Counted from the stretch's first letter, positions 13,861 to 27,300 are shown. The stretch: 64,000 nt of DNA from Eledone cirrhosa (GCA_964016885.1 OZ024765.1:15252001-15316000), one strand, 5' to 3'. The notes: generated from the letters alone by a model not told the origin. Program-made: numbers and translations.

Positions 13861-14057
13861 GAGTATGACTAGCGACATTACACATCCAACTTGTGTGTGT
13901 GTGTTTGGTGGTAAGGACAATCAATGTATTTGTATATGTATGAAGAGGAATGGTGTGTGTGAGGTGGGTTAGTAGCTAGGGAAGGGATATGAGAGGGGTG
14001 TATATTGATCTATCACCTCCCCTACATTGGACAAACTTTTGTCCTCATTTTGTTCAG

Positions 14058-14117
14058 CCAGTACATAATGTACATAGACTTCGATAGTTGCCGGAGGAGA
14101 CCGACAAATCTATACTG
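14058..14117 (+). CDS. Candidate internal exon (60 bp; alternative acceptor at 14078)
   Basis: ttttgtcctcattttgttcag acceptor and CTG|gtatgt donor; open as [19 protein letters not shown], or from 14078 as [13 protein letters not shown]. Confidence 0.4.
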
Positions 14118-14120
14118 GTA

Positions 14121-14272
<152 letters not shown>

Positions 14273-14273
14273 C

Positions 14274-14311
<38 letters not shown>

Positions 14312-14312
14312 C

Positions 14313-14350
<38 letters not shown>

Positions 14351-14469
14351 CTTCATATATATATATATATATATATACATGCACACATACTTTGTATGTC
14401 TTTGTGTGTGTCCGTGTGTATGCATACATGTATTTCTGTGTGACAGTGTATATATGTGTCTATATGTAA

Positions 14470-14574
<105 letters not shown>

Positions 14575-14775
14575 AATATAAATATATATACATATATATA
14601 TAATATGTATTATATACAATATATATATATATAATATATATATAATATATTACATATATATAATATATTATATACATAATATATTATATATTATATATAT
14701 ATAATATATATATATATATGTTATATATATAATATATTTATATATATATATATATAGTATGTTACAAATACACAA

Positions 14776-14808
<33 letters not shown>

Positions 14809-14821
14809 GTATGTTACATAT

Positions 14822-14864
<43 letters not shown>

Positions 14865-15382
14865 AACATATAAATGCATATATAAATTCACATAGATATA
14901 CAGACGTATATATGTATACAATTACACATAAGCTCTCACACACACACACACACACACACGCACGCACACACGCATACACTCCCCGCCACACACACACACA
15001 CATATAACCCCCAACGCCACCCCATACCCACACCTACACATGTCCCCCACACCACACACCCACGCACACATATAGATTTCAGATTTGCTTCTATTAAACC
15101 ATATCAGTTTTACGCATGTTAGACGCAAATATTTTATGCTTTATTGAAAAGAGGAAAAAATCTTCAGCAAAAACAACGCCAAAGCGACCAACTTTGAGAA
15201 CGCAGTCCCCACTTATCAATAACCATTTCTTATAGACTTTGAAGAATTCATATCTTGGGCCTTTCCATAGTGTTTCTTTATTTTTAACCTTTAATATATA
15301 TATATATATGTATATGTATATATATATATACGTATGTATATATATATATATAAATATATATATGTATGTATATACAAATATA

Positions 15383-15443
<61 letters not shown>

Positions 15444-15541
15444 ATATATATATATATATACATACATACATATAAACACACATATATATACATATATATA
15501 CATACATATATATATATATATGTATATACGCACACACAAAT

Positions 15542-15589
<48 letters not shown>

Positions 15590-15723
15590 GCATACACACA
15601 TACACACACACACACACATATATACATATATATATATATATATAATATATATATAGTCTATATATATATTATGTATGTAGTTTTGGAGCCGTGGGTTACT
15701 TTTTTGTTTTGTTTAATGTGCAG

Positions 15724-15772
15724 TTTTTCTGCTTCGCCTTGAGGGCAGAGTGTATGATGTGTTGGTAGCAAT
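15724..15772 (+). CDS. Candidate internal exon (FLLRLEGRVYDVLVA)
   Basis: ttttttgttttgtttaatgtgcag acceptor, AAT|gtaaga donor, only one frame fully open (phase 1 to 2). Confidence 0.45.
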
Positions 15773-15892
15773 GTAAGAATAATCTCCTTCGCATGAGATA
15801 ACGTCGACACACACACCGTCCTATTCTTGCACAAGGTTGTGTATTGTGTATAATATACATACCGTGTGTGTATCTTTATATATATATATATA

Positions 15893-15938
<46 letters not shown>

Positions 15939-16227
15939 TGTATATACGTACAGATTCTCCATGCAAATCAGTTGTGTCTTATCTGTTACGCTCTGTTTGT
16001 GTGAAAGCATGAAGCGGCTGAGCTTCTTTGAATGACACCAACTTGCAGTGTTTTCTTTGTTGTTTAGTTTCAGCTCTAACTTAATAGAATATAGATATAA
16101 TCAAAGGCACTCCATGCATGACCATTCCGGTCAATGTTACTCCCACTCCGAATTTCTCTCTGAATTACCTGGAACGTAGAAATCTTTTCCATTGCCTAGC
16201 TATTTACATTATTAACACCCTTCTCTG

Positions 16228-17190
16228 CAGCATAGCATAGAGTTATGGCTCTTTATATTCTGAGTTCTATTCCCGCCGAAGTTAGCTTTGCTTTTCATCC
16301 TTACGAGGTCGATAAAATAAAGTACCAGTAATACACTGGGGTCAAATTAATTGTCTTTCGCCTACGCCGAAATTGCTGAATAAGAAACCAGTATTAATTG
16401 TTTGTACATTTGGCACAAGACCAGCAATAACCAGTGCATTACTGGTACTTTATTAATCGACCCCGTAAGGATGAAAGCAAAGTTAACATCGACGGCATTT
16501 GAACCAGACCGTAATGGGACGTAAATATGCTGGAAAGCATGGCGTCCAACCCTCTACCGATACTGCCAATCCACCATTATTAATACACATGGCGGTGGAT
16601 TGGCAGGATCGGTAGGCGGTCGGACGCCATGCTTTCCAGCATAGTTACGTCCCTTTACGATCTGAGTTCAAATCCCGCCGAGGTTGACTTTGCCTTTCAT
16701 CCTTACGGGGTCGATAAAATAAAGTACCAGTAATGCACTGGGTAATTGCTGGCCTTGTGCCTAAAGTAGAAACAATTATTAATACACAAGGAGGTGAATT
16801 GGCAGTATTAGTAGAGAGTCGGACACCATGCTTTGTAGCATAGCGTTACGGCCCTTTATGATCTGAGTTCAAATCCCGCCGAGGTTAACTTTGCCTTTCA
16901 TCATTACGGGGGTCGATAAAATAAAGTACCAGTAATACACTGATATAATTGCTGGGCTTGTGCCTAAAGTAGAAACAATTATTAATAGAATTTAGAAGGT
17001 TGTGAATTGGCAGTATCGCTAGAGCATCAGATAACATGCTTTGCGGAATATTGTTACGTCCCTTTCCATTGTCCGTTGTCAGTTCAAATCCCGCCGAGGT
17101 TAGCTTTGCCTTTCATCCTTACTGGGTTGATTTATTTAATCGATTTTCCCTCGCTCCAAAATTGTTGGCCCTATGCCTAAATCTAAATCA
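16228..17190. mobile_element. Cluster of five OK-like SINEs (+,-,+,+,+)
   Basis: Copies at ~16228-16390(+), 16397-16576(-), 16591-16781(+), 16790-16983(+) and 16998-17190(+). Confidence 0.9.
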
Positions 17191-17289
17191 GGGACCATTA
17201 TGAATACCAGCTGGGCCTTCCATGTAACTCAATTGGCCTGGCATGTCCCGCAAGCTGTTAAGCTGAATCTCCTTGACAATTAGGTTATG

Positions 17290-17800
17290 GGTAGACGGAC
17301 ATGTGAGGGGAATGCTCAGCTACAGACAGTATATATTAGGATACATCGAGTCGGGAACATTGAGTTCTGTTTACATAGATTTAAAGAGTCAGTCCTTTCG
17401 ATGGTTTTTGTAGGCGATTGTTGTAAACCCCAGGAATAGGAAAGAAGATCACATTCGGCTGGAGCAAGGAGAACTACTTGAGGAAATCTATGAGTCATAG
17501 CACAGGCGGAGGGTCTCCCTTAAAGTGTTAGGGGGAATCAAGTGCCGAAACAGTTGCTTGCTCCTTTAAAGATAGTAGGGGCTTTCAGATATCAAAATCC
17601 TTTCCAAACAAAGGGTCAGGTGGGCTCTTCCGGTATGGCCAAGTGTTGTAAAACACACAGGAATGGTCAGCAAGATCCACCTCCGCCGGGAGAGATAAAA
17701 AAACAGTTGGAGGACATCTAGGAGTTAGGACAAGGGGTGGGCGGACAAGTTTTCTTAAAGTGTAAGGAGAATCAAGCGTCCAAACACTAGCCGTTGATGA
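17290..17800 (-). pseudogene. Possible highly decayed CR1/L2-like LINE 3' region
   Basis: Only weak motif echoes (YTLRKLVRP for LYKxLVRP); many stops and frameshifts. Confidence 0.25.
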
Positions 17801-18022
17801 GAGTTCTTCCTCCCGTGGTCCGCTCACCTCGTCGCGAGTTTCTGCCTACTACAAGATGGACTGACGTAAGAGTTCAAAGAGTCAACCTTACCCCACATTT
17901 CTTACCCCATATCTCACTGAGAAGTCCATTTATTGTTACACGTGTTAGTGAAATATTTAGTGACATACACGTTAATGTCGCAAGCAGTCTGGTCTACCAA
18001 TCGAACACCAGGTAACCGGAAC

Positions 18023-18220
18023 ACTCGTCATCGAGACCGATGGAAGCCACTTGCTCCCGACCCCTGGATTACTAGCATCGTAAAAATGCAATGTACACCA
18101 TCTGACGCTTAAAATACACCCCTCGTCATCGAAACCGATAAAAGACCCTTGCTCCCGACATCTGGATTACTAGTATCGTCAAAATACAATTTACACCACC
18201 TGACGCTTAAAATAAACCCC
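18023..18220. repeat. 98-bp tandem duplication
   Basis: CTCGTCATCGA(G/A)ACCGAT...CTGACGCTTAAAATA..CCC occurs twice. Confidence 0.85.
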
Positions 18221-18524
18221 TAGACATAAATGCAATGTTGCCCGCTGAAACATCTAGAACTAGTCACCAAATTCCCGTTATACTATTCTTAGCATCTTAT
18301 AAAATGTAGGGCATTTTAAATCATTTGCTACACGGTTGATTGTCTGAAGATAAGACAGCCAATGTTCATAGCAGAGATGCTTTGATTTTTATCTGCAATG
18401 TATCATATTTAAACCCGGCGTTAAACAACAGTACCTAACAAAAAACGCTTAATGGATGACGGTGTGAAGGATGTATTAGAGACAATATTAGTGGCCGTGA
18501 CACAGCTAATGGTTTGCCGTAGTT

Positions 18525-18711
18525 ATAATTGTTTCTACTTTAGGCACAAGGCCAGCAATTACCCAGTACATTACTGGTACTTTATGTTATCGACCCCGTA
18601 AGGATGAAAGGCAAATTTAACCTCAGCTTGATTTGAACTCAAACCGTAACGGGACGTAACTATGCTAGAAAGCATGACGTCCAACCCACTACCGATACTG
18701 CCAATTCACCG
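18525..18711 (-). mobile_element. OK-like SINE
   Basis: Family consensus match. Confidence 0.88.
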
Positions 18712-19562
18712 TAGTTATAATACGCACTGTCATGGCTGCCATAATAATTGAGTGACACATACCTGGCTTCCATCTTTATTTGCGGTTTTGCATTTGAAAG
18801 AAGAAACCATAGAGAAACGAGACTGGTTAGTTAAGATTGGAAACAAGTTGAACTTAATTTGATAAACGACAATTGACAGAAACATTTAAAGTCGTGGCAC
18901 AAATCATTAGAATCTCAATAACTCATTAAGTAAAGAAGAAAAATACATATATACCATTATACATTTGATTGCGATACCTTATAAGGGCCGTAGAGGATTC
19001 GGTGAATTAGTTCGCGGTTGATAGCTTGTATGTATGTGTGTATGTATGTGTTTGTGTAGGTATGTTTGTGTGTATATGTGTATGTATGTATGTGTGTATG
19101 TATGTATGTATGTATGTTTGTATGTGTGTGAGTATATGTGTATGCATGCATGTGTGTGTGTGTATATGTGTATGTAGGCAGGCGTGTGTGTGTGTATGTT
19201 TGTGTATGTAAGTATGTATGTGTCTGTATGTATGTCTGTGAGTATATGTGTATGTATGTATGTGTGTATGTATGTATGTATGTATGTTTGTATGTGTGTG
19301 TGTATGTGTATGCATGCATGTGTGTGTGTGTATATGTGTATGTATGCGTGTGTGTGTATGTTTGTGTATGTAAGTATGTATGTGTATGTATGTATGTATG
19401 TGAGTATATGTGTATGCATGCATGTGTGTGTATATGTGTATGTATGTGTGTGTGTGTATTTGTGTATGTAAGTATGTATGTGTCTGTATGTATGTGTGTG
19501 TGTATGTATGTATGTGTATGTATGTGGAAATATGCATGTTTGTATGTATGTATGTATATATG

Positions 19563-20164
19563 TGTCAGTTGGTGCTATTGGTAACATGTATCCCAGTACA
19601 ACCTGTCTCATGGTCGGGTCGTTGGCGACTAAACTGGCAGCCCCACCAAGGTTTCTTGGTGAGGAGGGTGGCTTTGGACATCCTGCAGGACTAAAAACAA
19701 AACCTGTCAAAAGGCAAAGGGGCTCTTAAGAGTCAATAGCCATCCAAAATCACCGGGAGAGATGACCCCTTAGCCTTTGTCAAGGCAGAATTCTAGGAGA
19801 AGGAAAACTCTGATATAACACCTGCAACCCTGATGGTATCCAATGATGTTGAATTGTTCTTCTTTTTGGTAAATATCATCTTGGTTAAGAGAGTGGGACT
19901 GGCTTTGTGCAGTGCCTTTGCTCACTATAAAAGCTTCACAGCACAGGCATTGCTTTATATCTGTTGATCTCTCTGCACCTGTCGTCACATGGTACCATGG
20001 GTCCAGCACTTTGTGTCAATAATTGTCACAAGTGTAGTGTTTGTACCAGAGTTTTCAAGTCGCTGGCTGGACTAAAAAGTCACACTCGTTCAGCGCATTG
20101 GTAGGGGTTCTCCTACATGGATATAAAGTAGTGGCCGTACTCGAAAACGAGTTGGCAGCCACCA
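19563..20164 (+). mobile_element. ~600-bp bipartite non-autonomous RTE-derived element
   Basis: RTE-like 5' UTR (CTAGGAGAAGGAAAACTCTGA at ~19794) joined to an RTE-like 3' tail (TGGCCGTACTCGAAAACGAGTTGGCAGCC) with no RT ORF; flanked by (TATG)n. Confidence 0.6.
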
Positions 20165-20491
20165 TATATGTATGTGAAAATATATATCTATGCATGCATG
20201 TATATATGTATGTGTAAATATGTATGTATATATGTATGTGTAAATATGTATGCTTGCATGTAAGTATATAAGTATGTATGTATATATGTATGTGAACATA
20301 TTTATGTATGTGTAAATATCTATGTGTATATATGCATGTGTAAATATGTATGTTTGTAAATATATATATATGTGTGTGTATATATATGTTTGTATGCACG
20401 TATGTGTAAATACGTATGTTTCTATATATGTTTGTGTGTGTGTATGTAATGTCACGGGGTGATATCACAATAACATTCTGATTATTGAAAT

Positions 20492-21007
20492 AATAATTGT
20501 TTCTACTTTTGGCACAAGGCCAGCAGTAAACCAGTGCATTACTGGTACTTTATTTTATCGACCCCGTAAGGATGAAAAGCAAATTTAACCTCGGCGGCAT
20601 TAGAACTCAGAATGGCAAGGGCCGTAAGTCTATGCGTCAAAGCATGGCGTCCGACCCTCTACCGATATTGCCAATCCACCAATAATATTAATTGTTTCTA
20701 CGTTAGGCACAAGGCCAGCAAATACCCAGTGTATTACTGGTACTTTATTTTATCGACCCCGTAAGGATGAGAGGCAAATTTAACATCGGCGGGATTTGAA
20801 CTGAGAATGGCAAGGGCCGTAACTCTATGCGTCAAAGCATAGCGTCCGACCCTCTACCGATATTGCCAATCCACCAATAATATTAATTGTTTCTACTTTT
20901 GGCACAAGGCCAGCAATTCACCAGTGTATTACTGGTACTTTATTTTATCGACCCCGTAAGGATGAGGGGCAAAGTTAACCTCGGCGGGATTTGAACTCAG
21001 AATGGCA
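20492..21007 (-). mobile_element. Three tandem OK-like SINEs (third truncated)
   Basis: ~195-bp head-to-tail repeats. Confidence 0.9.
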
Positions 21008-21179
21008 GTAATAATAATAATAATGTTAATGAAAATCAATAATATTAATGAAAATCAAATGGGAGAGTAGACATAAGACCTGATATTATCTAAGGAATCG
21101 TAAGCCAAGCTCGCTATCTGCAATTCTGTGTTCTCGTCAGACATCACATAAAACCAGGAATCTTGTTAGGAATCTTGGT

Positions 21180-21605
21180 CACGATCGAAATAATACGATC
21201 ACAAACACAAGCGGCGGAAATGGTGTTAGACAGAAGGGTTTTGGAGTAACATTACTAGTTAGAATGTGTATCTCTGAGCTGAAAGAGACGCTCAAAGTAG
21301 AGCTGCTACTTCTCCAAATTGAGAGATCACAGCTCTGATACTATGGACATGAGATTAGAATGCCTTAGGAATGAATTACTGGAGTCACTCCAGGTAGAGC
21401 CGCTACTTCTCCGAATTGAGAGATCACAGCTCTGATGCTATGGACATGAGATGAGAATGTCACAGGAAAGAATTACTGGAGTCACTCCAGGTAGAGCCAC
21501 GACTTCTCCGAATTGGGAAATCACAGCTCCGATACTATCGGCATGTGGTTAGAATGTCTCAAGAAAGAATCGCTGGACAGATTTGTAACTTAGAGACCAG
21601 AGAGT
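21180..21605 (+). pseudogene. RTE ORF fragment with a ~99-bp segment triplicated (same region as the 10140 array)
   Basis: IRSQTQAAEM...GVTL...LKVELLLLQIERSQL.YYGHE. Confidence 0.75.
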
Positions 21606-21713
21606 CAACCGACTCTGTAATCAATGGCTCGTTGGACCTATTTGGTGATAATGACAGAATGAATATATATATACACATGTGTGTGTTTGTGTGTGTGTGT
21701 GTATCTATATATC

Positions 21714-21766
<53 letters not shown>

Positions 21767-22180
21767 CATATATATATATATTTCGTTTCTGAATTTGTTT
21801 GGCAAGATTCTTTATCTGAAAACGTGTGTTGAAACCGATATTGTTATACTTTGAGAGGGTCATGTTGCCAATAAGAAACACACGCACCACATGCTTTTAC
21901 TTCAATTTATTATAATAAATTTATAAATTTAGGAATTTATAAATTTCCGGTTGGTTGGTTGGTTCCACAATCAAATGGTTGTTTATATATTGTCAAAGTT
22001 CTTTCGGCACACACACATATATATATATATATATATTTATTAAAATAACAGATTAAAGTTTAAGCAAAGAATCGCTGCTTTCACCCCTAACGGGATTTTA
22101 TATATCTGATATATATATATCCTTATCGAGCAGTCTATGGATTTTAGTCTTCAAATTTATTATTATTACTAATATAAATA

Positions 22181-22245
<65 letters not shown>

Positions 22246-22379
22246 TGGTGTCCAGCTACTTCTGACTCCCGCTGTACTCTGTCGAGTTTGGCTGGTTTTA
22301 TTGTTAGAAAGAAGAGTAAAACTGGGGAAAATGGAAGGAAAGAATGTTTCATTATCGATAATGTAGGTTGAAGTGTGAT

Positions 22380-22437
<58 letters not shown>

Positions 22438-22439
22438 TA

Positions 22440-23370
22440 AGATATTATGTGTGTGTATGAGAGAGAGTTGGAGAAAGTGTGTACATGACAGAGAGAGGGG
22501 GTTAGATATTATGTGTGTGTATGAGAGAGAGTTGGAGAAAGTGTGTACATGACAGAGAGAGGGGGGTTAGATATTATGTGTGTGTATGAGAGAGAGTTGG
22601 AGAAAGTGTGTACATGACAGAGAGAGAGGGGGTTAGATATTATGTGTGTGTATGAGAGAGAGTTGGAGAAAGTGTGTACATGACTGAGAGAGAGGGGGAT
22701 AGATATTATGTGTGTGTATGAGAGAGAGTTGGAGAAAGTGTGTACATGACTGAGAGAGGGGGTTAGATATTATGTGTGTGTATGAGAGAGAGTTGGAGAA
22801 AGTGTGTACATGACTGAGAGAGGGGGGTTAGATATTATGTGTGTGTATGAGAGAGAGTTGGAGAAAGTGTGTACATGACTGAGAGAGGGGGTTAGATATT
22901 ATGTGTGTGTATGAGAGAGAGTTGGAGAAAGTGTGTACATGAGAGAGAGAGAGGGGGTTAGATATTATGTGTGTGTATGAGAGAGAGTTGGAGAAAGTGT
23001 GTACATGACTGAGAGAGGGGGGATAGATATTATGTGTGTGTATGAGAGAGAGTTGGAGAAAGTGTGTACATGACTGAGAGAGGGGGTTAGATATTATGTG
23101 TGTGTATGAGAGAGAGTTGGAGAAAGTGTGTACATGAGAGAGAGAGGGGGTTAGATATTATGTATGTGTATGAGAGAGAGTTGGAGAAAGTGTGTACATG
23201 ACAGAGAGAGGGGGGATTGATATTATGTGTGTGTATGAGAGAGAGTTGGAGAAAGTGTGTAAATGACAGAGAGAGGGGGTTAGATATTATGTATGTGTAT
23301 GAGAGAGAGTTGGAGAAAGTGTGTAAATGACAGAGAGAGGGGGTTAGATATTATGTGTGTGTATGAGAGT
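22440..23370. repeat. Minisatellite, ~65-bp unit, ~14 copies
   Basis: GATATTATGTGTGTGTATGAGAGAGAGTTGGAGAAAGTGTGTACATGAC.GAGAGAGGGGGTTA repeats. Confidence 0.95.
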
Positions 23371-24006
23371 GAAAGAGAGAGAGAGAGAGTAAGATAATTT
23401 GTGTATGAGAGAGTATGTGTTTATGAGAGAGAGAGAGAGAGAGAAGGAGTGTATATAAGAGAGAGAGAGAGAGAAGGAGTATATATAAGAGAGAGAAGGA
23501 GTGTATATATAAGAGAGAGAGAGAGAGAGAAGGAGTGTATATAAGAGAGAGAAGGAGTGTATATGAAGGAGTGTATATAAGACAGAAAGAGAGAGAGAGA
23601 GAAAATAATTTGACACGGAAGAAAATGACAACATAATATGAAAAAGGAAAGATTGTGGCAGCCATATTGAGTCTTTTAAGTTGGCGTCTGTACCCCCCCC
23701 CACCCTCTACACTCTCGTTGTCTCCATTTCTCTTTCTTTTTACCCCCTCTCGATTTTTTTGTTCACATATACTCCGCACTCTCTCTCTCTCTCTCTCTCA
23801 TTTTGTTCACACACGCATTCGACTCTCTGTCTCTTTCTCTCTCTCCCTCTGTCTATTATATCTCTCTGTGCCTCTCTCTCCCTATCTCTCTCTATCTAAC
23901 TCCCTCTCTTCCCCTGTATATCTATCACTCTCTATCTCTGTCTGTCTCTCACCCTCTCTCTCTATCTCTCTCCCTATCTACCTCTTTCTGTCTCTCTAAA
24001 TATTTA

Positions 24007-24098
<92 letters not shown>

Positions 24099-24099
24099 T

Positions 24100-24375
24100 A
24101 AATTATCGAGAATCGCATTTCGGCCCACGAAATAACGAAAAGCAACTTCCGAGATGTGTGGCAAGCGCTCGATGATTCAGATGAACCAGAGCTAAAACAA
24201 ACGTTAAAGGCACAACACACTGAGACGATGGTTAAACAAACATCTGCACAGCCAAAAAAACGATCAAGTAATTCGGGTCAAACAAATATCAAATATCTGT
24301 GATTGAAAATTTACCCGGACCCCTGGAAGGTTGGTAAAATCCAGCATTTGGGTTTCTGCGGCTCCTAAATCAATT
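24100..24375 (+). repeat. Interspersed repeat of unknown class; diverged second copy at 42003-42300
   Basis: Colinear similarity (CAGAGCTA..TTCGGGTCA..TTACCCGGACCC..GGTAAA..TTGGGTTTCTGC); both copies start right after (TA)n. Confidence 0.6.
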
Positions 24376-24714
24376 ACTGTCCGCTTACATAAATAATGTT
24401 AGGCTTCTGGTAAGATGATTGAACAATATATATATATAAATTGAGTTTCCGTTAGAAATTATCTGAATTTCTAATCTTTTGTAAATGGAAACCGCCGGTA
24501 ATAGCGAACAGATAGAGATTTAAATCATTTTTTAATTTATTTAAAGGACTGTTTAATGTGTGTTGGTTCTGCTCATCTCAATTTTTATAGTTCTGGTATC
24601 TCAAATTAGTACCATAGAACAACAATTATATTATAGACACCCTATATATCTCTATGGGTACTTAGTACTCAGTGAGATATTTACCTCATTTATATATATA
24701 TATATATATATATA

Positions 24715-24920
24715 GTTTTAATATAGAAGAGCTTCTACCGGACTAGAACTGTTTCATTCGTGAGAAATCATCAGGGAGCTGGCTGTCCAAGTAAGTAGTG
24801 GTATTTATATCTTTTCTTTTCTGGGGGTAGGAGAGGGTGGGGATTGGGATGGGTGGAGGTCATTGGTTGATGGATTTAAAGAAAAGGGAGTTCATTAAAA
24901 GCTAATTCTTTAAAGCTATA
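24715..24920 (-). mobile_element. Hammerhead-bearing module (family A), inverted partner of 25963-26168; ribozyme at 24730-24780
   Basis: Minus strand agcucc-CUGAUGA-UUUC-ucac-GAAU-GAAACAG...GUA-gaagcu. Confidence 0.7.
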
Positions 24921-24996
24921 GTAATTAACAAATGCAGAAAGAATACTGTAAACAAAATCAAATTTGGAATACCAATCGTTGTTTATCACTTAGACT

Positions 24997-25378
24997 AATA
25001 ATTGTTTCTACTATTGGCACAAGGCCAGCAATAATCCAGTACATTACTGGTACTTTCTTTAATCGACCCCGTAAGGATGAAAGGCAAAGTTAACCTCGGC
25101 GGGATTGGAACTCAGAATGTCAAGGGCCGTAATCTATGCGTCAAAAGCAAGGCGTCCGGGGCTCTACCGATACTGCCAATTCACCGCCCTTAGACTAATA
25201 ATTGTTTCAACTTTAGGCCCAAGGCCAGCAAGAACCCAGTGCATTACTGGTACTTTATTTTATCGACCCCGTAAGGATGAAAGGCAAAGTCAACCTCGGC
25301 GGGATTTGAACTCAGATCGTAAAGGGACGTAACTATGCTGGAAAGCATGGCGTCAGACCCTCCACCGATACTGCCAAT
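24997..25378 (-). mobile_element. Two tandem OK-like SINEs
   Basis: Family consensus match. Confidence 0.9.
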
Positions 25379-25748
25379 ATGGCTGTAAGACAGGTGTCTA
25401 CAGGATGGGTGGGGTTCAATTGTTTAAAGGAAAGGGAAATTCTTTAGAAGCTAATTCTGTAAGGCTGGAATAAGGGTGACAAAGGCAGAAAGGGCTCCTT
25501 CAACAGGTTCAGGTGTTGGGGTGATTCCCCCTACTGTGAAGTTTCTCTTAATATATATTCCAGGTGTCGACAAGCACATTCATACACTCGCCCACTTACA
25601 CACGTACACACACATACACACACGCACATAGGCAGGCACACTCACAACAAACATACATAATAGTACATACACACATACACATATACAAATATCTACACAT
25701 ATATATACACGTACATACAAGTATGTGTACATACATACGGACACACAC

Positions 25749-25799
<51 letters not shown>

Positions 25800-25826
25800 C
25801 ATATATATATATTTATATATATATAT

Positions 25827-25913
<87 letters not shown>

Positions 25914-25962
25914 GCGATGAAATACCAATGATGGTTGGCAAATCACTGATGAGGGACTAATT

Positions 25963-26240
25963 TATAGTTTTAAAGAATTAGCTTTTAATGAACTCCATTT
26001 TCTTTAAATCCCCCAACCAATGACCTCCACCCATCACAATCCCCACCCTCTCCTACCACCAGGAAAGAAAATATATAAATACCACTACTTACTTAGACAG
26101 CCAGCTCCCTGATGATTTCTCACGAATGAAACAGTTCTAGTCCAGTAGAAGTTCTTCTATATTAAAACATTTATACTCTGCTATGTATTGAGTATCTGAC
26201 TTACTGTGGTTACCTCCGATTCAACCCGGAATAACTCATA
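25963..26240 (+). mobile_element. Hammerhead-bearing module (family A); ribozyme at 26103-26153 plus a ~90-bp tail
   Basis: Intact CUGAUGA/GAAA/GUA core, one mismatch each in stems I and III; tail matches 37320-37395. Confidence 0.7.
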
Positions 26241-26262
26241 CATACATACATACATACATACA

Positions 26263-26346
<84 letters not shown>

Positions 26347-26348
<2 letters not shown>

Positions 26349-26562
26349 GGCGTGTGGCTGAGTGGATAGAGGATTGGAGTCACAATCTTGAGGTTGTGAG
26401 TTCGATTCCTGGACCGGGCGATGCGTTATGTCCTTGAGCAAGACACTTTATTTAACGTTGCTCCTTCTACCTGGAGTTGCGACCGATAGATAGTATTAGC
26501 AATTGGAAAGACCAACGGAAACAATGTTTCCTAGGTCCGATTTGACGAAAGTCGATCGATGC
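26347..26562 (+). mobile_element. tRNA-CORE SINE (OR2-like); other copies at 27740-27952, 40322-40545, 47036-47170, 50050-50262, partial 38628-38716
   Basis: A-box TGGCTGAGTGG, B-box GAGTTCGATTCC and CORE-like TGTCCTTGAGCAAGACACTT. Confidence 0.85.
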
Positions 26563-26598
26563 ATACATATATATATATATATATAACGAAGTTATATA

Positions 26599-26782
26599 AG
26601 GAAATGTGGTAAGGAACCAGGTGGACCATAACGCACCAAAGTACTCGATACTTGAGGTAGTAGAGTGGGTAATAGGAACCAGTAAGACCCCGACAGCTGA
26701 GCTCAAGCCATTTCGACGGCTAATCCAGAATTAGCCGTCGAAACGGCTTGAGCTCAGCTGTCGGGGTCTTACTGGTTCCTAT
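26599..26782 (-). mobile_element. Family B module with terminal fold-back (3' half of a hammerhead); other copies at 27297-27510, 37770-38024, 47310-47585, 50990-51037, 63620-63707
   Basis: GAAACGGC-uUGAGCUCA-GCCGUC stem III with a GUC triplet (best at 27393-27415); CUGANGA half not seen in any copy. Confidence 0.55.
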
Positions 26783-27153
26783 ATACATATATATATATAA
26801 TCATTCTCTCTATCTTTCTCTCTCTATATATATATATATATATAAATATCCCTCTCTCTCTGTCTCTCTCCATCTCTCTCTCTCCTATAAAGCGATAGTT
26901 ATCACCCTCGAGATAATAAAGATAATAAAGCGGTCGTTTCGCATAAAGGATATCTCACTGTTAACCTATGCAATATCTCCTTCGCCAAGTGTATAACATA
27001 TAATTTTTATCGCGAAATTCGAAAGATTTTCCAAGCGTAAATAGGAAAATAAGATATCTAATATTTAATTATTTAATTATATATATTTTATAATTTGTTT
27101 ATACACCTTTGTTTGTGTATATATGCTGGGTGTGTCTATATATGAGTGTGTGA

Positions 27154-27205
<52 letters not shown>

Positions 27206-27241
27206 GAAGTTTACGAAATGGAAATACGGGTATATAGAATT

Positions 27242-27300
<59 letters not shown>

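Noticed and set aside
18024-18110. DIRS-like RT peptide (WKPLAPDPWITSIV)
   Set aside because: Short chance-level match inside a 98-bp non-triplet duplication.
18311-18512. Armadillo-like peptide fragments (RDALIFICNVSYLNP; RLMDDGVKDVLETILVAV)
   Set aside because: Needs a stop read-through and frameshifts, splice sites are weak, and no family was recognised.
25948-25960. Lone CTGATGA matches (also 31663-31698 minus, 34348 minus, 45554, 47726 minus)
   Set aside because: No compatible stem II/GAAA/stem III/stem I arrangement could be built.
26347-26420. tRNA gene
   Set aside because: A and B boxes are present, but the sequence continues into a CORE-like SINE body and recurs as diverged copies.
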